Part shown: in pieces, positions 23,079 through 37,228 of the stretch | Layout: each line of letters opens with the position of its first letter | How positions within the stretch are numbered: the first letter of the stretch is position 1 | The notes under the pieces: generated by a model | Database searches by the model: none | What the model saw: only the letters and a program-made list of their open reading frames with translations | What the model was told of the DNA's origin: nothing | Origin: Octopus vulgaris | Lineage: Eukaryota | Assembly: GCA_951406725.2 (NCBI GenBank) | Contig: OX597814.1 | Coordinates: 167,524,001 to 167,588,000 of the forward strand | Direction of reading: 5' to 3' | Length of the DNA stretch: 64,000 bases | Position numbers and translations under genes: made by a program

Positions 23079-26000
23079 TACATGTATTATTAGCAGATGT
23101 AAAATATTTTTGTTTACTCTGTATTGAAGTGTATCTGCATTTAACACCTCAAAACAATCTTTGATCAAAACAAACTTTATAGCTGACACTAAAATTGACC
23201 ATAAAAAGAAAACCGATACACTATAAATTTTACTAGGCAACATCTGGGTAGTAATGATGTGATCAAATTTAATGTTATGAACATATGCAGTGTTCTTTTC
23301 ATGGATTATAGAATTACAACCGTGGAGAATTAAGGATATAAAAAAAAAGTAACTTGGCAAAAATAATTGTTTGAAGACACTGAGCTAAATGTACTGATGC
23401 TCATGGAAGTTATAGCTACTTTGGCGTAAGAAATACAGAGAGCATCAAATTTCTATGTACTATGACATCTATGAATAAATTCATCATCTAACAATAACTG
23501 TATGCAATTCCTAGTTGAAGCATTTCACTTATGCCTTCTACCTGCCATTTACAACTCTGCTCACTTACTCTGGCAAACTGAATGAAATGGAAGCTTTCAG
23601 AAGTGACTTTGCCAAATCATTAAAGATAACAAAATAAATAGATTAGAACAATGGCTTGAGAAAATAAGTCAACCAACTGATTATCATTTAGTTATGTATT
23701 GTTGAGAGAGAGAGATAGTTCTGAAACTGTCTAACTTCAGAAAAGTGTGCTGTCTACCAACAGAGTTCAAGATAAAAGCAAGTGCTTAGATTGGCAGGAA
23801 GACAAGGCAACTAGTTATTTTCAAAAAGCAATTAGGAGTTACTGCATTTATTCTTGTATAAGTTGCTCCCCTAATTTAGTCTTAAATCTTTGTATGAAAC
23901 AATTTTGCTTCGTAGTTTTAGCTTTGCTCAATGTATAACTTGTCCCTTGAGGTTTTTTTTTAGTTAAAATCGAGTATGAAATAGTGTGACTTATACACAA
24001 ATACTGTGTATGGTTGAAACAAAAGTCAAAGTCAAGCAGTAGGCAGCATGTTAATGGTATAGCACAACAAATAAGACTAAGTCTGATGTACATTAGTGAT
24101 GCTAACAAATGACTTGGACTAAGTATCAAAACTGAGGCATAACCTCAGCGTATCAGGGCAATAATATTAATGAAGGGTTGATATAACTGAGTTAAAAGAA
24201 GTCAGTGTTTCTCTGGAAAATATATTTAGAAATATTTTGTGAAAGTCACACTAAATGCTCAACTTTTTACTGATTTAGTTTAGTTTAAACCATTTCCGCA
24301 ATAAAGGAAGCAAACTTATCCTCAAATGGAATATAAACTACCATAATGTTCTTTTTATATTGACAAAAATCTCATTGGGAAAGGGAAATAACATGTAATG
24401 CTCATATAAATATATATACATCATGGTTTCCCTTTATTATATGTAATAGCTGTAATGTTATCTGATCAACAGGAGATATGTAGTTTGACTCTCAGTTGGG
24501 ACTATGCCAAGTTAGGCAATGATACATGATGAAAATATGTTTTAGAGAGAGAGAGAGAGAGAGAAAGAGATGGGGGAAGTATTTTCCATTGAATTGACAT
24601 GCAAAGATTTGTCCAGCTTTGGAAACCATCCAAGTAGAATAGAGAGGTGGTACAAAATCTTGATGAAAGCGCTGAAGGCAGATGATAGGATAGGAATATT
24701 TGTAATTGTGGAAGAGGTTCAAAGACGGGCACATGGTATCACATTTCTAATAAATGTAATGTCCTAAGAATGTTCAGATATGTTCAGAAGATAGCAATGA
24801 GTGTTTAGTGACTACTACCTGGTTATTCATGATGAATGATCTTCAGTTTGATAAGTGACAGTTTGGAAAAGCTTTTGAGAAGATAATATCTCTTCTAGCA
24901 GGTTAGAGGAATATGTCAATAATTGGAGAAAATTAGAATGTTAGACCCATGAAATATATTTAAGCTATAGAGTGAGATGAATTACTTTAGAAGTTTGGAA
25001 GCAAATGCATAGCTATTGATCTGTAAATTAATTGGTGAGTTAGCTTCTAGATTACGTATCATTATTTTTTTGTTTATATGAATGTTGTGTTGTTTATTTG
25101 TGTGTGTGTATTTAGTTTTTTTACTAAAATGAATGAAATATTTTTTGTTGAATATATGATAATAGTAAGTCAATAATTGACAGTAGTGACAGGTATGCAC
25201 ACATTTATACATGCCATTCATAAATTATCTCAAACAGAGGTACAATTCATAGGTGTTGTCTGTTTCAATCTACAAAGCTCCTAAAACTAAACTTCTAACC
25301 ATTTTCTAATCCCAAATCAGAACCTTGATTCCTATTATAATTATATTCTAATATCACTGTTATTCTCATATAATCTCTTTGCTTACATACAATTCAAAAT
25401 CATTACACCTTTAATTGTCTAAACTCCTGATAAAAATTTCTGAGAAACTGTAGTTATCCAGAATAAACAGTCCATTTTGCTTCTTAGTGGTATAAAACTG
25501 CTGAACAACAAACCACACGTAATGTGCCCCAATTCCCACAATTTCTCCCTCATATACAACCATAAAAACCCAAACAACATAATGACTTCTGCATCATAAT
25601 TGAACATAAAACTGAAATATGGTGCATTTTGATTCCTTTGAGTTAGGAATCTTTCAGCTTCTTCCACTCAATTTTTTTTTACATCACTGCTGTATATCTT
25701 CTTGAGCATAGCTAACTGGAACTAATTGAAAACATGAACACTGTTGAAAATTGATGGAATAATGTCACCTGTCTCCAAAATGATAAAACTATGGAAATGT
25801 TCAACTTATTTAAAACGGCAACAGCTGTATCAAAATTGAAAGACTTAAAATTCATTAAAAATGGAAAGAAATTGATGTAAAGAGTGAAACAAAATGTTAT
25901 ATTTCATGCTATTTACAAGAAAAAGAAAACCAACAAAAACATATGGATAACAAAGAAGTGAAAGCTGATTGTGTAATTGTTGATTAATAATAATAATTCT

Positions 26001-27539
26001 TAAGTTAATATTCTTTTCTATTGAATGTGATTTTATATTATGAGAGAGTCTGTATACATTCAGTCAATTTATTAGCGATATCAACCAAATCTTCCTCAAA
26101 TTGTGCCCTACTATGTTGAAAAAAGAAAGACATTGCATAATGTCATCCTTTTTATACAAAAAGACATGATGGTCATGGTTGGAACATCTTGGGATGATTT
26201 TGGACTGAACAATAACAACTTCAATTATAGTACTTATAGGATATCAAATTATGCTGAAAAATCTTATCAAAGAAAGTCAGTGTGTTGATGAAAACAGCAT
26301 GCCTGCCTGTGATATGGTGAAGACAATTTTATCTTAGCTCTCTTCAGAAGGTAGTTTCTAACGGTATCAATGGAAGAAAATTACTGTCATTTGGCTGATG
26401 TAGATACTTTACTTCCAAAATGTACTCTTGTAATAATTGGTTGGTTTAACAAAATATTTTGTCAGATGGCAACAATTGATATCTCTGTGCTGAAGTGTCT
26501 TATGCCATTGTCTGACAAGTTGCCTCCATTCACTATTTATCACTGAGAATTTTTCTACCTGTATTATTAATTGAAAATAGCTACATATTTTCTCTTCCTG
26601 ATAAAAGTAACCTCATGCATTGTTCTTAATGTGCCATTTTTGACAGAGTTCATCAAGTAAGTTAAAAATAAAACTGGCAGGAAAAAATATTGTAAAATAT
26701 AAGATGGACATAAATCTCAGATTCCCAACATTAAAAAAAAAGGAAAGAAAAAAATAAAACTGTCAAATGGCATCTTTGTATTGACCACTAAACTGGAAAA
26801 TTGCCTGTCCCTTGATATCAGAAGTGTTGAGACAAATACATAGAATCACATTTTCAATTTTTTATTGTCAAGAAGACTATACATCAATTCCTTCAGTTAC
26901 AAAAGATCAGCTTTGGAGACAGATGGATAATTCACAGCTCATAGTGATTTGAAGGTATTCTAGGTTTTAGAAACTTATGAAACAAACTATTAATTATTTA
27001 TTGAGAAATGTTCATAAATTTTACTGCTGTCATAGTTTGTAAAAAGAATGATGAAGAACATACAAATCTACAAAGGTTTTATGGAGCACATTGCAGGAGT
27101 GATATTTTAATTTTAACCAAACAGCATTTTCATTTTTTGATCTCACTGTTGCAAATTGGAAATGTTACCTGATAATAAACATTTAGCTCCTCTAATAGAC
27201 TTTCTTGCACCAGATTGTATGGAAAATTGGAATGCTTCATTGGTCTTAAAGTTTATTGTTTAAAGCATCCATTAAATCTCTTCCCATTTAAAAAAAAAAA
27301 AAAGACATTTTAAGGTTCTGTCATTCCAAAGGATTGTCTATTAATACTTGATGTTTTAAGTATTGTTAATATGGTTTTGACTTAAGATAAACAGCAAGTA
27401 TCATTTTTTTCCCTACAAGTTGAATTCAATTGAGACTAAGCGGCCAGCCATGAATGTGAAGCTTTTGTAACTGTCTCTGCTATTAATTATTTTCACATTT
27501 TTTTCTAAATTGTTATTTCAAATTGGTTATTGATCAACA

Positions 27540-28110
27540 AGAAATTACATAGCTTTCGGCTCTTGTCCCAAATCAAAACGGAAAGAAAACTGTCAAAATT
27601 ACTTATTGGTAAATTAAAAGAAGTTTGGTTTTAATTGTATACCTTGCAGGTAAATCTGAAACAAACAAAGATGTACTTTTCTAGTCTAAACAAATATTGA
27701 TTTTTATGTCCCAGAAAGTGGAATTGGATTCTCAAATACATGACACTTTTCATTACTTGGGGTTTCTTGATGTAATGTATTGCTTTGGAAGCTGTTTCTA
27801 TTTTGTTATCATCAGTTCAATTGCACAGTTCCTATTTTCATCACCTTGCCAATTCTCACTACTATTGTGTCAATTAAACATCTCATGCATCTTTCAAAGT
27901 ATATGGATCACTGGATGGAGGTATTTCATTGTGACATAAACTCTCACTTTGAATGTATATAATTTCTATAATTTTAAAAACCTTGGAATATGTCAACATC
28001 AAGAACTATCCCTTATCATTGAAGTGCTATGGCCAATATGAGAAAAAAATCAATAAATTGGTGTACAAAACCATTTAATTAAAATTAAAAGAGAATTGTA
28101 AGCAAAGAAA
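27540..28110 (+). pseudogene. Gypsy-like LTR retrotransposon pol remnant (RT start joined to integrase core)
   Basis: Degenerate LVPNQNGKK (27562), YFSSL...QKVELD...FG (RT). Then QFLFSSPC...IKHLMHL...VFHCD...STSRTIPYH (27999-28019)...KINKLVYKTI, resembling the integrase FPFAFPC...HSD...SRTTPYH...NG..E pattern. Confidence 0.6.
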
Positions 28111-29749
28111 AAAATTCCAACAAAATTATCATTTGTATTGTTGAAAGTTAGTTAATTTCTTTCACATATACTCTGTCAAAATCTAATTCCATGTTCCTTT
28201 CCTTTCAACAACAGTTAATGTTGGATAATATTCAGGAGTTTATCTAATAATGAAAGTTTGTTTGCTTGATTGGATTTATAACAGCAGCAACAACAACAGC
28301 AACTACAAAAAAGTATCATTATTCATTTAATTTTCCTGAAACAGGTAGCCTTATCATTTAGAAGTATAGCTATTAATTGAAAGTATGTTATTTAAAACCT
28401 ATTTTGCCACCAAATCTAAGTGAAGTTATATTTCCAAAAATTACTTTGAATAGAAACTCATTCATGCTGCCTTTTCTGTTATCCTCCAACAAATGCTACT
28501 TCTACACAACAACCCAAATGTGAAGCCTCTACATGGTTACTTGATCTACTAATAACAGGCAAATTTGCCTCAAAAGTGTGATTGTAACAACTGGAATACT
28601 TTTGTTCATAGGTCTACTCTATCAAGACTGACATGTTGCTAAACAACTACAATACCACCTTCTACACAACTTGTTATGAAACCAAAGCCATCAATTATCA
28701 TGTTTCTCCCCTATGCTCTTTTAATACACATGATAGTCAATTCTTTAGCAGAACCTCACAGTTTCATTAACCAGTTAGAAATTTCAAGGCCATACATGTT
28801 GAGTGAGATCTGTCAGCTTTTTGACTGCATCAGGAACTAATTTTGATGACTTAAGTTTCAAAATAGTAATATGAACTAATTAGAATGAGGAAGACTAGTA
28901 ATTTTGATTAACATTAACAAATTATTTTCATTTAAAGATTTTTTGTTTAGTATTGATTTTGTTTTTCATATTGTGCTGATTTCCTATTTTGTTGCTTTCT
29001 GTAGTGTTGAACTGAAATTAGGCTGGTCATTGAATTTCTCTTTCATATTTAAATGTTGTTGGGCTACAAATGACTATTATTTCTCTGTTTGCTTGATGAC
29101 ATGGCATTCTCATGAAAAACAATATGGTTATATGTGAGCTAACCAAAACAATGTTTCTGAATGTATGTCTTCATTAGCTTTTATTAGAAAAATTTCACCC
29201 AACATTCCTTTAAAATTTTTATTGTATAATAAGAAAAGATCTGTAATGCCAGTGAGTCAGAATCAATTTAAAACACCCAAGAAAGGGCGTATCTACTTAG
29301 AATTACTATTGCTTAGCCACAACTCAATCTTGAATGAGCAGTCTTATATAACTTAGTTTCTAAGTGCAAGTAACAGACTCATTATTCCAGTTATTCCATG
29401 CTTCTGCTTAATTGAAAATTATTCTATCAATTTCAACATGTAATGGTTTGTCTTATAGTTTGCAGTGTAAAGGTCTGGGTATGTTGCTTTTTTTACCCAC
29501 TGTTTGTGTATGCCTTTGGATTCCAGTATTACTAGAGTAAAGATGAATTAGGTAAACTTAACTAGAGCATCATAGTTATTCTTCCGCCTATCATTCATTG
29601 AGAGTGTGTTTTTGTCTATTGAAGGTATTAATACTATTGCTAGTATTCTATGTACACACATTTCATGTTTTTCTGGACTGAAAGTGAGAAATAGTGTTTT
29701 TAGGATGGTGGTATTGCAGTAATGTTGTGGAGTGCTTTGGTGTGTGTGT

Positions 29750-32700
29750 GTGGTGGTGTGGGGGGGTACCTATAATGGCAAGGATGTAAGAGTTGGAGTT
29801 TGCTCCATCATTAAGCTGTGCTCCTCACATGTCCAGCATCTTGCATCAGTATTCTACAGGTGCTTATGTGTAGCTTGGGCTAAAGGGAAGTGTATTATTT
29901 TGTCTTCTTTGTAGTTTGTGGTGATATTAGGGATCTAGGTAGGACTGGAATAGTTTAAATGCATTTGATGTACTGCTTGTAGACAAGAATAGGTTGAATG
30001 CATTGTCTGTGTGTGGTCTTTTGTACATTGTTTTGTTTTTTGTATGTGTTGAATGTGATCCTATGTTATATTTTTTTAATCTTCTGTCTATGTGATAGAT
30101 TTATATTGTTGAGTGTGATGGTTGACTGTATCCAATGATTTTAGGTATTTCTAGTAAAAAGAGAGATAGTTATTGTGTGTGTAGGGTAAGCTCTGATAGC
30201 TGAAAGATGACATGCAACCTACAAATTTATTGTTTTTATATACCCTTCTTCAGTCTAGCTGAGGATCACCACTGCACATATTTATATACAGTGATGATTC
30301 ATATAGAATACAGTGTGACAGCTGGAGCTTATATTCTCTCTACTATCCCCTCTACTTCTGGGTAGCTGTAGATTCTGGTAAAGGCTGTGGTGGAGACAAG
30401 CAAGGTACACAGTCAGGACACAACAGTTACAGTTTCTCTGCTCATTTGTTGCAGTGCTTGGGAGTAATGAGTCCACAGGAATTTGTGTGTGTGTTTTTGT
30501 ATGATTTTCCGGGCTGAGTTGACAGATTTTAGTGTTTTGGGAAGCTTTGTGTGTGTATAATTTTATTTAGTCACTGGTTGGAATTTGCAGTGGTAATAAA
30601 CTGTACTTGCAACCAGGTACACTTTCATTTTTTCATATTTTTGTTACATTGCAGAGATGGTCTGTGAATGTGGCCTGTACACAACATGTGATAATGCAAT
30701 GTCTTGTTTTGAATTCCTTGTAGTTTGTTATAAGGGAACCTGGGCTATGCTAGTACAATTCCTGATAGAACTGATGTATTCTTTGTACACCTTTGTTGTT
30801 TCTTTTTGTTGGTTATGTATGGTACCTGTGAGTGCTCTGATTGTATCCTGTGTTGCCATCTGTGAATGTTGTAGAGGTATTGTGTACTACTCCTAGCATG
30901 TTTTCTGAGTTTATGGTATGTTTATATTGTTGACTGGTATAAGTGTTTGCATTTGATGTTCACTAATATTGTTGGTAAGAAAGGGTATAGTGAATTTCAT
31001 TGATATTTGAAGTTTGTTGTTTTGGATAAGAGCTTTTTGGTACTTGATGCAGGGTTGGTGGAGTTATGCACCTGGCTCTGAAGTATAGTAGATATATACG
31101 AGTGTGATGACATCTGTGTATAAGGCTGTGTTCATGTTTTGAGTGAAAATGGGAAGGTTGGGTTTGTGTAGGTTGAAAAGCATAAGAGGGCCTGTTAAAA
31201 AATTACAAATTTGAGAATGGTTTGTTTTTGTGCATTACATATACTTGTTGACAAGTAGTTTCCTAGCTCACATTTTGAGTTGTTTCACAAGGACTTAGTG
31301 AGGATTTTGTGTATAAGTGGATTGTGGAGAATGGATTTCAAAGTTTTGCTAATGTCAATGATGATTAGAAGTGTGTGTGTGCAATGTTTATTGTTGAAGT
31401 TCTTATGCATCATCTGTATATTAGAGATGAGGAATTCTGTACATTATTTACATTATTTACATTGGATGAATATGTGTACTCATCTTGTTTGTTGTTACCA
31501 CGTTTTGCTGATTTACTCTTATGTATCTTTTGTATTAGGTTTGTAGTAGAGTGATGATTGAGTGTAGTGGTATGAATCTGTGATGTAATATGGAAGATAT
31601 GTTTGTTAATGTAAAAGATGAGTCTTTCTGAAATTTTTAAGAGTATCAGAGGGTGATGGGTTTGTGCATTGTCACTTCTTTTGAGTTTTATATTGGGTTT
31701 GAAAATTGCTACCCAGATTTTAGTTTCTGTGAATTTGTCAGTGTTTATATGAGAGGTTAAGGATATTAGTGAGTGTAGCGATTCCTGTAGGTCATAGGTA
31801 TTTTAGGTGTAGATTTCCGATTTTGTTAAACCTTTTGAAGTGTCAAATAGAAAGAAGGGGTTAAAAATCATGATTAAGGTGGAATGTGTCTGTTTTGCAT
31901 TTTGTGTTGTTTTGTTTGGTTTCTAGTGGCTGATTTTTGAGAAACCTTTAATGGTTTTGAGGATGAAAGGGAAAAAGAAAGTGTAAAACTGTGTTTGAGC
32001 AACAGCGAGGAAATATAACTATGATGTTATTAGTGTATGAGATTGTTTGTTTTTGTTCTAACCATCATCAACATTAGCAAAACTTTGCAATCCATTCCCC
32101 ATAATCCACTTATACACAAAATCCTCAGTAAATCCTTGTGAAATAACTCAAAATGCAAGCTAAGAAACCACTTATCAACAAGTATATGTCATCATCATCA
32201 TCATTTAGCATCTGCTTTCCATGCTGGCATGGGTCAGACAGTTTGACTGGAACCTGGTAAGCTGGAGAAGTGCACCAGGTTCTAATCTGATTCAGCATGG
32301 TTTCTATGACTGGATGCCCTTCCTAATGCCAACCACTCCAAGAGTGTAATGGGTGCTTTTTACATGCCACCAGCACAGGTGCTATTTATATGACACCAGC
32401 ATTGGCCACAACTATGATTTTGCTTGGTTTGACAAATCTTCTCAAGCACAGTGTATTGCCAAAGGTCTCAGTCACTTATCACCTCCTTGAGGCCTAATAT
32501 TTAAAGGGTGTGTTTTACATACCACCAACACAGGTGCCTGTTATGTGACATTGACATCGACCTTGACTACAGTTTCACTTGGCTTGACAAGTCTTCTCAA
32601 GCACAACATATCAAAGGTTTTGGTCACTTGTCATTGCCTCTCTGAGGCCCAATGTTTGAAGATCATGCTTCACCATCTCATCCCATGACTTCCTGGGTCT

Positions 32701-33590
32701 ATCTTTCCCATCCTTCCCATATCCACTCAAAACATGCACACAGCCTTATACACAGATGCTGTCACACTCATATATTCCTACCATACTTCTCATATATTTC
32801 TACTATACTTCAGAGGCTGGTGCACAACTCCACCAACCCTGCATCAACTACCAAAAAGCTTATGTCCAAAACTTCAAATGATATCAACGAAATTCACTAC
32901 ATCCTTTCTTAACAATAATATTAGAGAACATCAAATGCAAACATTTATAGTAGTCAGCAATATAAACAGTATGAAGCTGTGTTCCAGCAACAGTGAGGAG
33001 ACATGACTATGATGTTATTAGGGTATGAGGTTGTTAGTTTTGTGGTGATATTGTTGTTATGTGTGATGCATAGGAGGATTATTCAGACATAAGTTTAAAA
33101 GAATGGGCATAAGGACAGATTTTTGTAGTATCCTATTCAGGAAACTACAAATGGCTTGATAACATGATAGTGACAGCTTGCTAGTTAAAGTTTTGCAGTG
33201 TTTTTTAAAGAGGCATTTAGTTGGCCATGAGAAAGGGAGGAGTCGAGCAAGTGATTTATAAATGTCGGTGGTAATCAGATGGTGCATGTAAAGATCTTTT
33301 TGTTGTTAAAGCCATTATGTATTTTTTTATGTACAGTTTTTAAGTAGCTGTGTGCTTCACTGTAACAGTCTGAATTGATTGTGTAAGAAAGAGGACTGTA
33401 TGCATTCTGATGTCAAAGTTATGACAGTGAGTCTTTTAAGGTGTGCAAAGCTAAATGGTCTGTGTGATACTGTTTCAGTTGGATATTTGTGGAGTTTTAG
33501 AATCGTTTTCTACCTGACTAATTTCTATATTTTAAGGATTTAGCAATTCTGGCATCAGTATGACTGAATATGTTGGTAAGTGCAATGATT
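29750..33590 (-). mobile_element. Old, heavily decayed non-LTR retrotransposon (I/Jockey-like) with internal rearrangement
   Basis: Minus-strand remnants in canonical order: DI/NAYSPL (APE, ~33400), LIIIDISKTLKSILHNPLIHKIL (RT3, ~31290-31370), LFNL...ALYTDVITL (YADD, ~31100), YKQYIKC/LNYSSPT (~29950), RCWTCEEH (~29830). Confidence 0.6.
32190..32710 (-). mobile_element. RTE 3' fragment
   Basis: (CAT)n tail followed by the reverse complement of the RTE 3' UTR and ORF end. Confidence 0.8.
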
Positions 33591-34195
33591 TTGTCAGACT
33601 ATGATAGGTCTTCAGTTTTTGTATTTCTCTATTTATATATTTCTAAAATAATAAAAAAAAACATTATTCATGTTTATACAAGGACATTAAATATAATGTG
33701 AGGACAAGCATTACAATTATAATTGCACCAACATTTAGTGAGATGTGGGTTTAAGTTTCATTGTTATTCGTACTTTTATCTCTTCCTCAACCCCTACTAA
33801 CCGCATTTTTTTTTTTTTTTTTTTGCAATTATCAATTATAAGAAAATTCAACCTTTTAATTCTTTCTATAAAATATATTCAGAATACAAAAAATTGTTTC
33901 TTAATCTGGCACTAGCATATCTTTATTGGGAGTATTTAATAAACATTATTTGAGGCTGTTGTATTGAAATAAATTTCAGTATAAATTACTTCTGCAAAAC
34001 AATTTAGCTTTCAGTTTGGCTTACCATTGTGTCAATGCCATCAGTATCATTTACCACAAGTTCATTGATATATTGTATACAATATCAGACCTAGCCAACA
34101 ACCACCTATGAAGGTATTCAAAAACTACACTTAAAAAAACCCCCACATACAGACCTTTCACTCTTCTATGTGTAGCCTAAAAGAATCATGAACAA

Positions 34196-34416
34196 TTTAT
34201 CTTTAACATTTAATTCTGTCATTTCTGGCCCAAGTATTTTACCTGTTTTATGTTAAAATGGACTGGATACAACCTCTCACACCTGCAATATCATTCTAAA
34301 AATATCAGAATACAATATTGAAATCTTGAAACTACAAAATAATGTATGATAAATTTAAAACAATATGAATATATAAGCAATACATTTGACAAAGATATCT
34401 GAATGCTAAAGAGTTG
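34196..34416. mobile_element. piggyBac-like MITE (other copies 50567-50779; end fragment 43167-43225)
   Basis: Shared ~210-bp body ending tctgaatgctaaag(g/a)g. Ends resemble degenerate TTAA|CCCTTT...AAAGGG|TTAA. Confidence 0.5.
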
Positions 34417-36120
34417 TTCTCACCAGAAATCACATTTCTCTTTCTGACACTTGGCTTACACCGTTTACTGTTTACAAACCATACACAAAGATTACATGAT
34501 AACTTTAACAACGAAAAGAAACCTGCATGTGCTGTTTGACAAGATTGTTTAGTAACATTACTATCTTCAACAAATTTGTTATATTATATTTGAGTGCATA
34601 ACTTTCATCAGTTACAAACTAATAAAAAAAAAACAAAAGAAAGAAAAACAAAAGCAATGACAGTCTAAATTTCAATTAAGTCATATCTAACAAATTGCTC
34701 AAATTAAGTAATTTCTAACATATTGTTCATGAAAACTATTTTTGGATTACTTAAAAACAAAGATTGTATGACATATATGTGCAATATATTGAACAAATCA
34801 TCCATTATACTTGTGATATGTCTGCAATCAACAATAGCAGCAGACTGAAATTTTCCAACAAACAATGATTGCAAATGGAATCTACACTATATATATATAT
34901 ATTTAAATTGAAAAGAAGATCACCAAATATAATACAATGGTGGAAATACTTTTTACATCAGACGGCCCTTTGGATTTTACTCTCAAATAAGGTTAGTATA
35001 TACTTTTTTTTTCTCTTAATGTCATTGTTTACATGTTATGTCTAAGTTTGATACAAAACAGTAGTTATACATTTTATATTGATACTTTCAAATTGATTTT
35101 GCATCTTTCTGTATAAATCGGCAGTTCTGAATATAAATCAGCAGTTATAAAACTGTATTATAAAAACAAAACTGTATAAATCAGCAATTCATTACTTTTA
35201 GCTGTTTGCTTATTTTCATTGGCTTTTATTATTTTTTGTTTATTTATCATTGTTAGGAGAATTTCAAAAGTTTCTAAAGTTAATAATACATATTTATACA
35301 AATAGGTATATAGCAATTCAATGACTTTCTGATATTCCTGACTATTGCAATCAGTAGTTCAACTTACATTAAACCAAGCTGTATTTTGTTTGATATATCT
35401 TAAACATCAATTTGAAATCCAAATTTTGTATTTTGTATAACTAATATTGTTTTGCTTTTTACAATATTTCAAAATAATGTGATTTGAATTAATTTTATTG
35501 CGTATATTTTAGTACTTGGTGCTATATCTTTTTGACACTGTAAATTTTTTCAGTTTTCTTAAACAACAAATTTTTACATTTCAGAGATTTTAAATATAAC
35601 TATTTTTTAAATATTTATTTTATTTGTATAAAATGGTATTGCTAGGTGTTTAAGAACTTTACTTCACCCAATCTGTTGCATTTTAGGTATAAATGAGTTA
35701 AAGAGTAACTTACTGAATGTTGTATACAAACAATTCTTTATTGATTAAAATTTCCCTCCTAGTTGGGGAAAGAAAACAAAAGGCCTTGCGGTAATGGCTT
35801 GTAACTATCAAAGAAAAGGAGAAAATAAATTGAAAGAAGTGAAGAATTAAATCTTACACAGTTAATTGTTATGTTTAGGGGGAAGAAAGCCTGGTCTTTA
35901 CTTGCAAGCAACTAACAACAATGAGCATATGTTTTGGTCTATTGAACATCATCAGCTTGTTTTTTTCTAGTCAAGCCTGGTTGGGTAGTTGACAAAAAAT
36001 TTTGCATGAAGAGAAACAGTTTAAATAATTACTGGCCAGTATAATTTGCATAATTAAAAAAATTCAACCCAAGCCATAGGTTGACCAATGTTTGTGGCTG
36101 AAATTTGCAGAATCTCAAGA

Positions 36121-36800
36121 CATCATCATCATCATCATTTAACGTCCATTGTCCATGCTGGCATCAGTTGGACAGTTTGACATGGTTTTCTACAGCTGAA
36201 TGCCCTTCCTAACGCCAACCACTCCAAGAGAGTGTAATAGGTGTTTTTACATGTCACTGGCATGAGTGCCATTTGCATGACACTGGTATCTGCCAAAACT
36301 GCGATTTTGCTCAGCTTGATGGGTCTTCTTCTTAAGTACACCATAATGCCAAAGGTCTTGGTCATTGCCTCTGTAAGGCCCAACACTTGAAAGGAACTTG
36401 GCCACTTTTCTCCCATGGGGCCCAATGCTCGAAAGGAACTCAGCCACCTTGCTTCTGTGAGGCCCAACATTTGAAAGGAACTCAGCCACTTGCCTCCATG
36501 AAGCCCAATGCTCAAAGGAACACAGCCACCTTGTCTCCATGAGGCCCAATGTTCCAAAGGATCTCAGCCATTTGCTTCCACCATCATTCAATGTGTTTTC
36601 CATACTGGCATGGGTTAGACAGTTTCACAGGATCTGGTGAGCCACAGAACTGCATTGAGTTCCAGGGTCAGCTTTGACATAGTTCCTTCAGCTGGACGCT
36701 TTTCCTAACACCAACACTTTACAGTGTGTACGGGGCCCTTTTTTTCTTGTTTTGCATTACAGGCACCAGTGAGGTTGCCAAGTAACTTATAAGACAGAAA
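36121..36800 (-). mobile_element. RTE 3' fragments with internal ~42-bp tandem array (36366-36580)
   Basis: (CAT)n tail and 3' UTR, then five ggcccaa....gaaaggaactcagccac units derived from the ORF end (LGLTEA). Confidence 0.75.
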
Positions 36801-36852
36801 AAAGAACAGAGAAAAAGCCTGCATGATTAAGTATTGGGAAGGTGGTTATATA

Positions 36853-37228
36853 TTCTTTTACATGTTTCAGTCATTTGACTACAACCATGCTGGAGCACCA
36901 CCTTTAGTCAAACAAATCGATCCCAGGACTTATTCTTTGTAAGCCTAATACTTATTCTATCGGTCCTTTTTGCCAAACCACTAAGTTACAGGGACTTAAA
37001 CACATCAACATCGGTTGTCAAGTGATAGTGAGGAGACGAACACAGACACACAAACATATATATATGACAGGCTTCTTTCAGTTTCCACCTACCAAATCCA
37101 CTCACAAGGCTTTAGTTGGCCTGAGGCTATAGTAGAAGACACTTGCCCAAGATGCCATGCAGTGGAACTGAACCCGGAACCATGTGGTTGGGAAGCAAGG
37201 TACTTACCACACAGCCACTCCTGCACCT
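36853..37228 (-). mobile_element. SINE family B, full length
   Basis: Reverse complement of the 43329-43717 copy. Confidence 0.85.

Noticed and set aside
24480-24960. Overlapping short ORFs, possible LINE fragment
   Set aside because: Only a vague RT N-terminal resemblance with no diagnostic motif.
29750-33590. Whole region as a Penelope element
   Set aside because: APE-like and YADD-type RT motifs in LINE order fit a non-LTR retrotransposon better. Small Penelope-like scraps near 29400-29700 and 30200-30900 are too decayed to call.
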